Positions 45,760-54,447 of a DNA stretch of 64,000 bases are shown one piece after another. The translations under genes were made by a program, and so were the position numbers. Below the pieces are notes generated by a model. The model saw only the letters and a list, made by a program, of their open reading frames with translations. It ran no database searches and was not told the origin of the DNA. Positions within the stretch are counted from its first letter, which is position 1. Each line of letters opens with the position of its first letter. The DNA lies in NCBI GenBank assembly GCA_024639505.1, contig JAHEIE010000001.1, positions 4,572 through 68,571 of the forward strand, read 5' to 3'. Source of the DNA: Crocinitomicaceae bacterium (GTDB lineage: Bacteria; Bacteroidota; Bacteroidia; Flavobacteriales_D; CAJJDF01).

Positions 45760-46518
45760 TTGATGACCTTTGTAGACTTACTTAGCAGAAAAATGAACAA
45801 TTCTCTCGTTTTCAATTTTAATACAGATGTTTCTGAAACTCCTATTCCAAATAGATTAAACAATCCTTTTGGATTGGAAATTCCCGAAATTGGAAGAATT
45901 GCAGCTAACGAATTTCAAAAGTTTATTGAACTTGAATCTAAGAATTGGGAATACGATTTTAGCACCCAAAGAGGAAAAATGTTCGGAGTGTTGGTTGTAC
46001 AAAAAATTGACGGGAGTTTGGGATATTTAGGTACCATGTCGGGCGAATTTCCAGGAGGCAAAACTTGCAAAAGGTTTGTTCCTTCTGTTTTTGATGAAAG
46101 TAAAACTGATTTTTACCTTACCAAGGGAATGACAGAACTCACCGAGATTGGTAAAACAATCAAAAATTCCACCGACCCAAAAGAAATAACAAAACTCACC
46201 GAACTCCGAAAACAAAAATCTCACGATTTGCAACAGTGGCTTTTTGAACACTATATTTTTACCAATAAATATGGTAAAGCCAAAAATGTAGCTACTATAT
46301 TTGCTGGCTCAGAATATGGCAATCCGCCTGCTGCAACTGGCGAATGTGCAGCTCCCAAATTGATTCAATACGCTTTTTCAAACAACTTAAAACCCATTGC
46401 CTTAGCAGAGTTTTGGTGGGGAATACCAAGCAAAAGCAACAAAAGAAAACACCTTGGATTTTATCCAGCTTGTGAGGACAAATGTAGGGGTGTTTTGGGG
46501 TTTATGCTTAAAAATTAA
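45760..46518 (+). CDS. Hypothetical protein with GKMFGVLVV, GECAAPKL, AEFWWG and FYPACEDKC motifs
   Basis: A 252-aa ORF. The three-Cys motif suggests a zinc site. From memory, it resembles an N-terminal module found fused to some long RluA-type pseudouridine synthases. Confidence 0.55.
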   Translation: MMTFVDLLSRKMNNSLVFNFNTDVSETPIPNRLNNPFGLEIPEIGRIAANEFQKFIELESKNWEYDFSTQRGKMFGVLVVQKIDGSLGYLGTMSGEFPGGKTCKRFVPSVFDESKTDFYLTKGMTELTEIGKTIKNSTDPKEITKLTELRKQKSHDLQQWLFEHYIFTNKYGKAKNVATIFAGSEYGNPPAATGECAAPKLIQYAFSNNLKPIALAEFWWGIPSKSNKRKHLGFYPACEDKCRGVLGFMLKN

Positions 46519-46570
46519 TTACAGTTAAACCTTTTAAAATTAGGATTGTCTAAATTAAAAAACTTAAATT

Positions 46571-48376
46571 ATGAAGATTAGACAACATTTATGTATCTCC
46601 TTTTTCGCTTTATTATCACTCACTAAACTGAATGCACAGACCACAACCCAATGGGGACCTGAAGGCTTTGTGAAAATTGAAAATGGAACTAGTGGTTTTT
46701 TTGCTGCACTCGATCCAGGAGATCGATTTAGCAGAGAACACGATGTTGTGGGGGATATAGACGGTGACGGAATTTTAGATTTAGCCGTTGGTGCAAGGTC
46801 CGATGATGACGGTGCAACAGATGCGGGAGCTGTTTATATTGTATTTATGAATAGTAACGGAACAGTAAAGTCCAATCAAAAAATATCAATGCTTTCTGGT
46901 GGGTTTAACGATACATTAACCACCAGTAGCTTTTTTGGATATGGAGTTGCGGGAGTTGGTGATTATAACGGAGATGGAATTCCTGATATTGCTGTTTCTG
47001 CAAATCACGTGCCTAATGGTGTTATTTACATTTTGCATTTAGATACAAATGGAACCGTAAAAAGCTATGTGAAAAATCAAAATATAGTTTCTCAGGGTTT
47101 GTCAGCAATTGGAGATTTAGATGGAGATGGAAGAGTTGACATTGTGGCTTGTAATCCATCCTCAAATAATGGAGGAAGAGGAAGGGGTGCTATAAAATTA
47201 TTGTTTTTTAATTCTAATTCTAGAGTAGATAATACAAAAACAGTTGACATTAGTTCTACTCAGGGAGGTTTTGGAACAGGATTAGCTAATGAAGATGGTT
47301 TTGGAGGAAGAGAAGTGGCTATGCTTGGAGATTTAAATGGAGATGGGGATAAAGAATTAGCCGTAGGTGCGTTTTCTTCTGATAGTGGAAAAGGTGCGGT
47401 TTGGATTCTTTCTTTAGACTCTTCAACGTTTAATGTAACCTCTAAATTAAAAATCACGGAGGGAATGAACGGCTTTGTAGATGAATTATCCGACACCATT
47501 AATGCAAACGGAACTTTTGGGGCTGCATTTGGCCATGCAATGTGTGCTCCTGGAGATTTAAACGGAGATGGTGTTCCAGATTTAATTACGGGAGCTAACC
47601 AACAAAACGATGGAGATGGTTATATTTTATATCTAAACCCCGACAAAACAGTAAAAACATACACCAAAATAAATGGCACAAATGGTGGATTTGGATTAAC
47701 TCTGACTCCAATAGAAAGATTTTCTAGATCTATTTCTTTTATTGGCGATTTGCGAGGAGACGGAACTATTGCAGTAAATATTGGTGGCGGAGCAGGAGTT
47801 CCGGGGGGAAGCGGAACTTTATACCTTCTTTTCTTAAAGCCTTGTGATTTTGTTCAAGAACCAGGAAATAATCATTGGAACGGTGGTAATACTCTTTTTA
47901 GTAACTGGAATCATATTTCTCAATCACTGACTAGCGATTCACTAACTTTTGAGCAATGTACTTTCAAAGCTTTTGAAACAGATGCAGCTTACATGACTTA
48001 TAACTTTAATGACGGAAGGTGTATTTGTAAAGATTCGAATGCGGTGTTAACTGTAAGCACAGAACTGAGTACCGCTTTTACCAATGCATGTTTTAGTGGG
48101 TATGTAGTTTCTATGGATGAAATTCAAAACTCCAATAAACAGGTTAAAGTTTATCCGAACCCAGCTTCCAGTGTAATTAATATTTTAGTAGCAAGCAACA
48201 CTTTCACAAATACCGATAAAATTGAAATAATTTCCATATCTGGAAAAACTATTTATTCATCGAAATTAAGCAAACAACATAACACTTTCGAAATGAATGA
48301 GTTTCCAAGAGGAGTTTATATAGTGCGAGTGCACTCAAATAACTATACTGAGCATCATAAATTTATTTATGAATAG
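46571..48376 (+). CDS. FG-GAP/integrin-alpha-like repeat protein with a T9SS type A C-terminal sorting domain
   Basis: Signal peptide. Repeated GD.(D/N)GDG..D...G calcium-binding FG-GAP loops. A Cys-rich module (CTFKAF...GRCICK). C-terminal domain VKVYPNPASSVINI...GVYIVRV. Confidence 0.8.
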   Translation: MKIRQHLCISFFALLSLTKLNAQTTTQWGPEGFVKIENGTSGFFAALDPGDRFSREHDVVGDIDGDGILDLAVGARSDDDGATDAGAVYIVFMNSNGTVKSNQKISMLSGGFNDTLTTSSFFGYGVAGVGDYNGDGIPDIAVSANHVPNGVIYILHLDTNGTVKSYVKNQNIVSQGLSAIGDLDGDGRVDIVACNPSSNNGGRGRGAIKLLFFNSNSRVDNTKTVDISSTQGGFGTGLANEDGFGGREVAMLGDLNGDGDKELAVGAFSSDSGKGAVWILSLDSSTFNVTSKLKITEGMNGFVDELSDTINANGTFGAAFGHAMCAPGDLNGDGVPDLITGANQQNDGDGYILYLNPDKTVKTYTKINGTNGGFGLTLTPIERFSRSISFIGDLRGDGTIAVNIGGGAGVPGGSGTLYLLFLKPCDFVQEPGNNHWNGGNTLFSNWNHISQSLTSDSLTFEQCTFKAFETDAAYMTYNFNDGRCICKDSNAVLTVSTELSTAFTNACFSGYVVSMDEIQNSNKQVKVYPNPASSVINILVASNTFTNTDKIEIISISGKTIYSSKLSKQHNTFEMNEFPRGVYIVRVHSNNYTEHHKFIYE

Positions 48377-48403
48377 GAATCAATTAGAACGATAAAAAGA
48401 TTT

Positions 48404-48607
48404 ATGAAAAAAGAAAATAGAACGTTTTACCTCCTTATCGCTTTTGGACAACTCATTGTGGCAGGAGGTCAATTGTTTCAATTGCAAAAAGTGGAGTTCC
48501 AGTTTGGTGAAAAAATATGGAATACAATTGTTCTTGTTTTGGCGTCTGCCTTGCTTGTTTTTTCATTGTACAAATACTTTAAACTAAAAACGCCCACTAA
48601 AAAGTGA
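48404..48607 (+). CDS. Hypothetical small membrane protein
   Basis: 67 aa with two hydrophobic segments. Confidence 0.35.
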   Translation: MKKENRTFYLLIAFGQLIVAGGQLFQLQKVEFQFGEKIWNTIVLVLASALLVFSLYKYFKLKTPTKK

Positions 48608-48635
48608 GCGTTTCAATCTAATTAAGTATCAGTTA

Positions 48636-49898
48636 CTAAGCTTCGTTTTCTACTAGGTTAAACGTTGCCATTTCTGGTAAATCGTATTCTTTGTTTACTA
48701 GTTTTTTGTGTACAGTTTCAAATGCATCCAAAGTTTCTGTAACATCTGCAGCACTATGCGATGCAGTTGGAATTAATCTGAAAATAATCATTCCTTTTGG
48801 AATTACTGGGTACACCACAATGGAACAGAAAATTCTGAAGTTTTCTCTTAAATCATAAGCCAAATGTGTTGCTTCTTCAAGCGAACCTTGCATGTAAACT
48901 GGAGTTACACACGAGTTTGTACTTCCAATCTCAAAACCTCTTTCTTTCAATCCGTTTTGAAGCATGTTTACATTGTCCCACAATTTGTTTTTGAAAGATA
49001 AGTCTCCTCTCATCATGTCCAATCTTTTCAAGGCTCCAATTACAAATGGCATTGGCAATGACTTTGCATAAACCTGAGAACGAAGGTTGTATTTCAAGAA
49101 ATCAATAACCTCTCTGTTACCCGCTATAAATCCACCAATTCCGGCCATTGATTTTGCAAAAGTTGCAAAATAAACATCAATGTCGTCTTGTATTCCTTGC
49201 TCTTCTCCTGTTCCGTATCCTGTTTCTCCCAATACTCCAAATCCATGAGCATCATCTACTAAAATTCTGAAGTTATACTGTTTTTTGAACTCCATGATTT
49301 CTTTCAACCTCCCTTGATCTCCTCTCATTCCAAAAACTCCCTCAGAAATTACTAAGATTCCACCTCCTGTTTCTTTGGCAAGTTTCTCTGCTCTCTTCAG
49401 GTTTTTTTCTAAACTTTCCATGTCGTTGTGTTTAAACATGTATCGTTTTCCTTGGTGCATTCTAACTCCATCAATGATACATGCATGCGACTCTTGGTCG
49501 TACACAATTACATCATGTCTATCTACCAATGCATCTACACAACTTGCTATTGCTTGGTAACCAAAATTCACAACCAAACCAGCTTCTTTTTGAACAAAAT
49601 CAGCCAATTCGTTTTCCAATTGTTCGTGATATTTTGTGTTTCCACTCATCATACGAGAACCCATTGGGTAGGCCAACCCCCAGTCTGCAGTTGCGTCTGC
49701 ATCTGCTTTTCTAATTTCTGGATGGTTTCCTAATCCTAGGTAGTTGTTCAAACTCCAGTTAAGGACTTCTTTTCCATTAAACATCATTCTTGGAGCCAAT
49801 TCTCCTTCTAACTTAGGAAACATAAAGTACCCTTCTGTTTTGGATCGGTATCTTCCTAATTCTCCTCCTTTGGCGATTTTGTCAAATAAATCTTTCAT
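48636..49898 (-). CDS. Alpha-oxoamine synthase family PLP enzyme; candidate cysteate-C-fatty acyltransferase (CapB/SulA-like)
   Basis: 420 aa. NNYLGLGNHPE, ILVDDAHGFGVLG and the PLP-lysine block FATFAKSMAGIGG. The start overlaps the stop of the upstream CBS-fold gene (ATGA). Confidence 0.6.
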   Translation of the reverse strand: MKDLFDKIAKGGELGRYRSKTEGYFMFPKLEGELAPRMMFNGKEVLNWSLNNYLGLGNHPEIRKADADATADWGLAYPMGSRMMSGNTKYHEQLENELADFVQKEAGLVVNFGYQAIASCVDALVDRHDVIVYDQESHACIIDGVRMHQGKRYMFKHNDMESLEKNLKRAEKLAKETGGGILVISEGVFGMRGDQGRLKEIMEFKKQYNFRILVDDAHGFGVLGETGYGTGEEQGIQDDIDVYFATFAKSMAGIGGFIAGNREVIDFLKYNLRSQVYAKSLPMPFVIGALKRLDMMRGDLSFKNKLWDNVNMLQNGLKERGFEIGSTNSCVTPVYMQGSLEEATHLAYDLRENFRIFCSIVVYPVIPKGMIIFRLIPTASHSAADVTETLDAFETVHKKLVNKEYDLPEMATFNLVENEA

Positions 49899-50950
49899 CT
49901 TTCGTACTTGTTGTTGTTATTAAAATAAAATTCGTTGATTACTGTTGTTAATTCATCCTCCTTTTCTGAGGAATATCCGTTTTCTTTTTGCCAATCAAAA
50001 TCATAAAATTTTGATAGATATTTGCTTCCGTGGTCACTGAATAATAAAACCACCGTGTGGTTTTGATTCAATTCTGGTGCTATTGCCTTTAATCCTTCAA
50101 TGGTTGCGCCACAAGATCCTCCTGCCATAATTCCTTCCGTTCGGGCAAGTTTCAAAATGTTTTTCACACTTTCTTTGTCTTCAATTTTGATAAACCTATC
50201 TATGTTATCCATCAATACATTTGGCGGAATAATGTCTTTTCCTACTCCCTCAAGCATTGTTTTTCTTTTCAAACTGGTGTCGTATTCGCCTGTTTCGTGA
50301 TAGTGCTTCAATACTGAACCTTCGCTATCTACTGCAGTTACGTCAATGTTTTCGTTTTGCTCTTTCAAAAACTTAGAAATCCCTGAAATGGTTCCTCCTG
50401 TACTTGCCGAAGAAATAAAGTGAGTGATTTTTCCCCCAGTTTGCTCCCAAATCTCAGGGCCTGTAGTTTTGTAATGTGCGCCCAAGTTATCCAAGTTGAA
50501 ATTTTGGTTGATATAAAAAGCGTCCGGAATTAGCTTACTCAATCTCTCTGCAGATTTATAATACGATTTAGGGTCGTCTGCCTTTACATTACTTGGACAT
50601 AATACAACTTTTGCTCCCAAAGCTTTTATTGCATTTATCTTTTCGGTAGATGATTTGTCTTTTACACACACCACGCATTTGTATCCTTTTATTGCACAAA
50701 TCATTGCCAAACTAAACCCTGTGTTTCCCGAAGTTGCTTCTACAAGTGTAGACACACCTTTTATTAGTTTACCTTGTTTTTCGGCATGCTCAACCATGTT
50801 CAATACAGTTCTATCTTTTACCGAATGTCCCGGATTAAAACCTTCGAGCTTGGCATACACATTTGTATTGTAAATTTCGCTTAGGCCATGAAGCTTTATC
50901 ATTGGAGTTTCTCCAATGGAACTGAGGATTGATTGTTGTGCTTTTTTCAT
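49895..50950 (-). CDS. CysK/CBS-fold PLP enzyme without CBS domains; candidate cysteate synthase (CapA-like)
   Basis: 351 aa. KLEGFNPGHSVKDR (PLP Lys), ATSGNTG, SASTGGTISG. Confidence 0.6.
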   Translation of the reverse strand: MKKAQQSILSSIGETPMIKLHGLSEIYNTNVYAKLEGFNPGHSVKDRTVLNMVEHAEKQGKLIKGVSTLVEATSGNTGFSLAMICAIKGYKCVVCVKDKSSTEKINAIKALGAKVVLCPSNVKADDPKSYYKSAERLSKLIPDAFYINQNFNLDNLGAHYKTTGPEIWEQTGGKITHFISSASTGGTISGISKFLKEQNENIDVTAVDSEGSVLKHYHETGEYDTSLKRKTMLEGVGKDIIPPNVLMDNIDRFIKIEDKESVKNILKLARTEGIMAGGSCGATIEGLKAIAPELNQNHTVVLLFSDHGSKYLSKFYDFDWQKENGYSSEKEDELTTVINEFYFNNNNKYER

Positions 50951-50975
50951 AGTTTTCAGTTATAATCAGGCTTTT

Positions 50976-51635
50976 TTACTTTTTTTCAAGTTTAAAAAGT
51001 AACGTGTTTCCATCGTGGTTTTTAAACAATTGCCACAATTCATCTTCCATTTGATCTTGAGATTTTTGCCACCTCCACTCACACTCTTTCAGATGATAAG
51101 TGTAGTATTTTGACACGCCATTGAATTTACTCAGGCGGTTTTTTACGTAAGTCAAAAAACGATTTGTTCTACTTCCCTCTTCATTGCTAAAAGAAATGTA
51201 CTTGATGTATTTGTGCTCCTTAATTCCTTTATAATATTTTTTTAAAACATCAGGAACGGACTCTTCAATGTTGTGAACTCCCTTTTTAATCGTTTCAGAG
51301 AAGTGTTCTACAAAATTATAAGGCTGATAAATGTGAAGATTGTCTCCGTTCTCTACAACTACCACCAATTTTTCTTCCTCCCCTTGCAACTTTCCTGTAA
51401 CAAAATAATTGTAAAGCGAATTAACGTAATCTACTGATAATGAATATGTATTGGCTGTTTCTTCTAGTTTTTCTCGTTGATGAGTATAGATACATTTTCT
51501 GAAGATAGAGTAGTATCTATTGATGGTTTTTCGATTGAAACCCAACAATAAGCTAGCTTTTGTAGCATCTACATCTGCACAAAAGTATTTGATAATTTTT
51601 TTTACCTTATACGGGCTTAACTTACTGTTTTTCAT
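50976..51635 (-). CDS. Short IS1595/ISXO2-like transposase homologue, possibly catalytically inactive (domesticated)
   Basis: 219 aa. The N-terminal HTH-like segment KKIIKYFCADVDATKASLLLGFNRKTINRYY and the C-terminal SKFNGVSKYYTYHLKECEWRW resemble the ends of short IS1595-family transposases. I see no flanking inverted repeats. It lies 25 nt upstream of the CBS-fold gene. Confidence 0.5.
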   Translation of the reverse strand: MKNSKLSPYKVKKIIKYFCADVDATKASLLLGFNRKTINRYYSIFRKCIYTHQREKLEETANTYSLSVDYVNSLYNYFVTGKLQGEEEKLVVVVENGDNLHIYQPYNFVEHFSETIKKGVHNIEESVPDVLKKYYKGIKEHKYIKYISFSNEEGSRTNRFLTYVKNRLSKFNGVSKYYTYHLKECEWRWQKSQDQMEDELWQLFKNHDGNTLLFKLEKK

Positions 51636-51830
51636 TTATTTGTTTAGCTTTTTACGCTTTTTGGTGGTCTAGCTTTTGGACAAATGTAGCTATTTATCTG
51701 AAGATTTAAACAGGATTTGTTAAAAAAATGATATTGATTTTGAACCGAGACTTGTTAATTAGTTCTCTACTTAGCCTACATACAAAAAATTAAAAGAGCT
51801 TAAGAGATTTCGTAAGAATCCCTTAAAACC

Positions 51831-51866
51831 AAAAAAAAGTCCTTAGCACATTGTGTACTAAGGACT
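51831..51866 (-). terminator. Rho-independent terminator of the PD40/TolB-like gene
   Basis: On the minus strand, a perfect 9-bp stem agtccttag/ctaaggact is followed by T8. Confidence 0.8.
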
Positions 51867-51892
51867 AATTAATCTTTACTAATTTCTAAAAC

Positions 51893-52978
51893 TTACTCTA
51901 CCCAATCCGCATAGAACATGTTTGTTTCTCTAGTTCCTCCGTTGTCTCTATTTGACGAAAACACGAGTTTAGTTCCGTCTGGTGAGAACATTGGGAAAGA
52001 ATCAAAAGCTTTGTCGTAGGTGATTTGCTCCAATCCCGATCCGTCCAAGTTTATCATGAATAAGTTGAATGGGAATGATTTTGTTTTGTGGTTAGAGCTA
52101 AATATTACTTTCTCTCCTGATGGGTGAAAAAATGGTGCCCAGTTCGCTCCTCCCAAATTCGTAATTTGTTTCATGTCGCTTCCGTCAATATTACATACAA
52201 ATAGTTCCATGGCAGTTGGCTGAACCAATCCTTTTGCTAATAAATCTTTGTATTCTTTCTTCTCCAATTCTGTTCTTGGACGAGAAGCTCTGAAAATTAA
52301 TTTTGTTCCATCTGGAGAGAAAAAAGCTCCGCCATCGTATCCTAGTTCTGTGGTAACTTGTTTGATGTTGGTTCCATCAATATTCATGGTATACAATTCC
52401 AAATCGCCCGAACGATCGGAAGTAAATACAATTAAATCTCCCTTTGGAGAAACGGTTGCTTCGGCATCGTATCCCTCTCTAAAAGTCAATTGTTTTTTTA
52501 AATTTCCTTTTAAGTCTGCCACAAAAATATCAAAGCTACTGTAGATTGGCCACACATATTTATCTCCTCTTGGTGGTTCTGGTGGACAAGCCGAATCTGC
52601 TAAATGAGTAGATGCATAAATAATGGTTGAATCTCCTGGCATGAAATAACTACAAGTTGTTCTTCCTAGCCCTGTACTAACTAGTTGTGGAATGGTTCCG
52701 TTACTCAAATCTTGACCAATTGGCATTACATAAATCTGATCACACTCTGCTCCCCATTTTGGATTTTTTGCCTGAAAAACAAGACTTTTGTTGTCAAAAC
52801 TCCAATAAGCTTCGGCATTGTCTCCGCCAAATGTAAGCTGCTTGATATTTGCTAAATGAACTTCATCTTTTGGTTCTTCCCATTTTTCTGTTTCACCAGA
52901 ATAAGAGTCTCCTTTTTCTTTGTTTCCTCCACAACTCATCGCTAATGGAATAAATAAAAGTGCTACGTTTTTTTTCAT
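51893..52978 (-). CDS. PD40/WD40-like beta-propeller lipoprotein (TolB-like)
   Basis: Lipobox LAMSCGG. Repeated FSPDGTKL(I/V)F and SDRSGDLELY PD40 motifs. Confidence 0.75.
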   Translation of the reverse strand: MKKNVALLFIPLAMSCGGNKEKGDSYSGETEKWEEPKDEVHLANIKQLTFGGDNAEAYWSFDNKSLVFQAKNPKWGAECDQIYVMPIGQDLSNGTIPQLVSTGLGRTTCSYFMPGDSTIIYASTHLADSACPPEPPRGDKYVWPIYSSFDIFVADLKGNLKKQLTFREGYDAEATVSPKGDLIVFTSDRSGDLELYTMNIDGTNIKQVTTELGYDGGAFFSPDGTKLIFRASRPRTELEKKEYKDLLAKGLVQPTAMELFVCNIDGSDMKQITNLGGANWAPFFHPSGEKVIFSSNHKTKSFPFNLFMINLDGSGLEQITYDKAFDSFPMFSPDGTKLVFSSNRDNGGTRETNMFYADWVE

Positions 52979-53117
52979 TGTTTGGTTATTTTGAGCAAAA
53001 ATAAGAGTTCTTATCGAATCAAAACATAACGAATATCATAAAAAAGGATGAAGAGGAAATTGTATCTTTACAAGCGAAGAGATTTTACCTATTTTTTTAA
53101 TAAAAAACTTAAACAAA

Positions 53118-54350
53118 ATGAAATTTATAATTACTACGTTAACGTGTATCCTTTTTGTGGCCTGTGGTACACAGAATATGGAAAATAAATCCGTGTCCCT
53201 TTTGGCTGATTACACGGCAGATGTTACTTACTTGGCTCACGATTCTTTGGAAGGAAGAGAAGTGGGAACAAAAGGAGAATTGATTGCAGCTGACTACATT
53301 GCTGCCAGAATGAAAGAAAATGGTTTGCTGCCAAAAGGAAATGACAATACTTATTTTCAGGTTTTTACGAGAAATATGAAGGCTCATCCTCACGATACTG
53401 ATGGAACGGGTGAAAAAATAGAAGGAAGAAATGTTCTAGGATTTTTGGATAATGGAGCAGAAAAAACTCTCATTATTGGTGCTCATTACGATCACTTGGG
53501 ATACGGAGAAGAAGGTTCTTTGGCGGACAGCGCAGGACAAATTCATAACGGAGCAGACGATAATGCAAGCGGAGTTTCTGCTATGCTTGGATTAGCAAAA
53601 AAACTTAAGGGGAAAAAACTAAAAACTAATGTTCTATTTATCGCTTTTACCGGAGAAGAAAAAGGACTTTGGGGTTCAAATTATTTCGTGAAAAATGCAA
53701 CAGTACCTACTTCGGAAATGGCTTACATGATTAATATGGATATGGTAGGTAGATTGGATACAAACAATAGATTGGCTATTTATGGAATCGGTACTTCTCC
53801 TTTGTTTAAGCCAATTTTAGATTCTTGTAATACGTTTAGTTTTCAATCAAAATTTGATTCCTCAGGAGTTGGTCCATCCGATCACACTTCTTTTTATTTA
53901 GAAGATGTGCCTGTGCTTCACTTCTTTACGGGGCAACACAAAGATTATCATAAACCAACTGACGACACTGAGTTTATTAATTTTGAAGGAATTGAAAAAG
54001 TAGCAGATTACATAGAAAAGGTAGTGATGAGCTTGAATAATTACGATTCTATTCCATTTACAAAAACAAAAGAAAAATCTGAAAAGGCAAGAGCTTTTAA
54101 AGTGACTTTGGGTGTAATTCCTGATTACTTGTTTGATGGAGAAGGAATGAGAATAGACGGAGTAAAAGAGGACAGGCCTGCTGCAAAAGCTGGAATTCAA
54201 AAAGGAGATATCGTATTAAAAATGGGTGAATTTGAGGTAAAATCTATGACCGATTATATGAATTGCCTTGGTAAATTTGAAAAGGAATCTACCCACAAAG
54301 TAATTGTACTGAGAGAGAAAGAAAAAGTAGAAATTGAGGTTACATTCTGA
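53118..54350 (+). CDS. M28-family zinc aminopeptidase with a C-terminal PDZ domain
   Basis: GAHYDHLG, GADDNASGVSAML, FTGEEKGLWGS. The PDZ-like tail is GVKEDRPAAKAGIQKGDIVLKMG. Confidence 0.8.
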   Translation: MKFIITTLTCILFVACGTQNMENKSVSLLADYTADVTYLAHDSLEGREVGTKGELIAADYIAARMKENGLLPKGNDNTYFQVFTRNMKAHPHDTDGTGEKIEGRNVLGFLDNGAEKTLIIGAHYDHLGYGEEGSLADSAGQIHNGADDNASGVSAMLGLAKKLKGKKLKTNVLFIAFTGEEKGLWGSNYFVKNATVPTSEMAYMINMDMVGRLDTNNRLAIYGIGTSPLFKPILDSCNTFSFQSKFDSSGVGPSDHTSFYLEDVPVLHFFTGQHKDYHKPTDDTEFINFEGIEKVADYIEKVVMSLNNYDSIPFTKTKEKSEKARAFKVTLGVIPDYLFDGEGMRIDGVKEDRPAAKAGIQKGDIVLKMGEFEVKSMTDYMNCLGKFEKESTHKVIVLREKEKVEIEVTF

Positions 54351-54447
54351 CAAAGGGATAAATAAAACGATAAAAAAGCAACCTGAGAAGTCAACTATTC
54401 GTAATTTTGTCTAGTCTATCTAACTATTCATTAAATTATTAAATCCT

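Noticed and set aside
50951-51892. An active IS element around the IS1595-like gene.
   Set aside because: I found no terminal inverted repeats or direct target duplications flanking the gene. Only 25 nt separate it from the next gene, and the upstream 257 bp contain the terminator of the neighbouring gene rather than an IS end.
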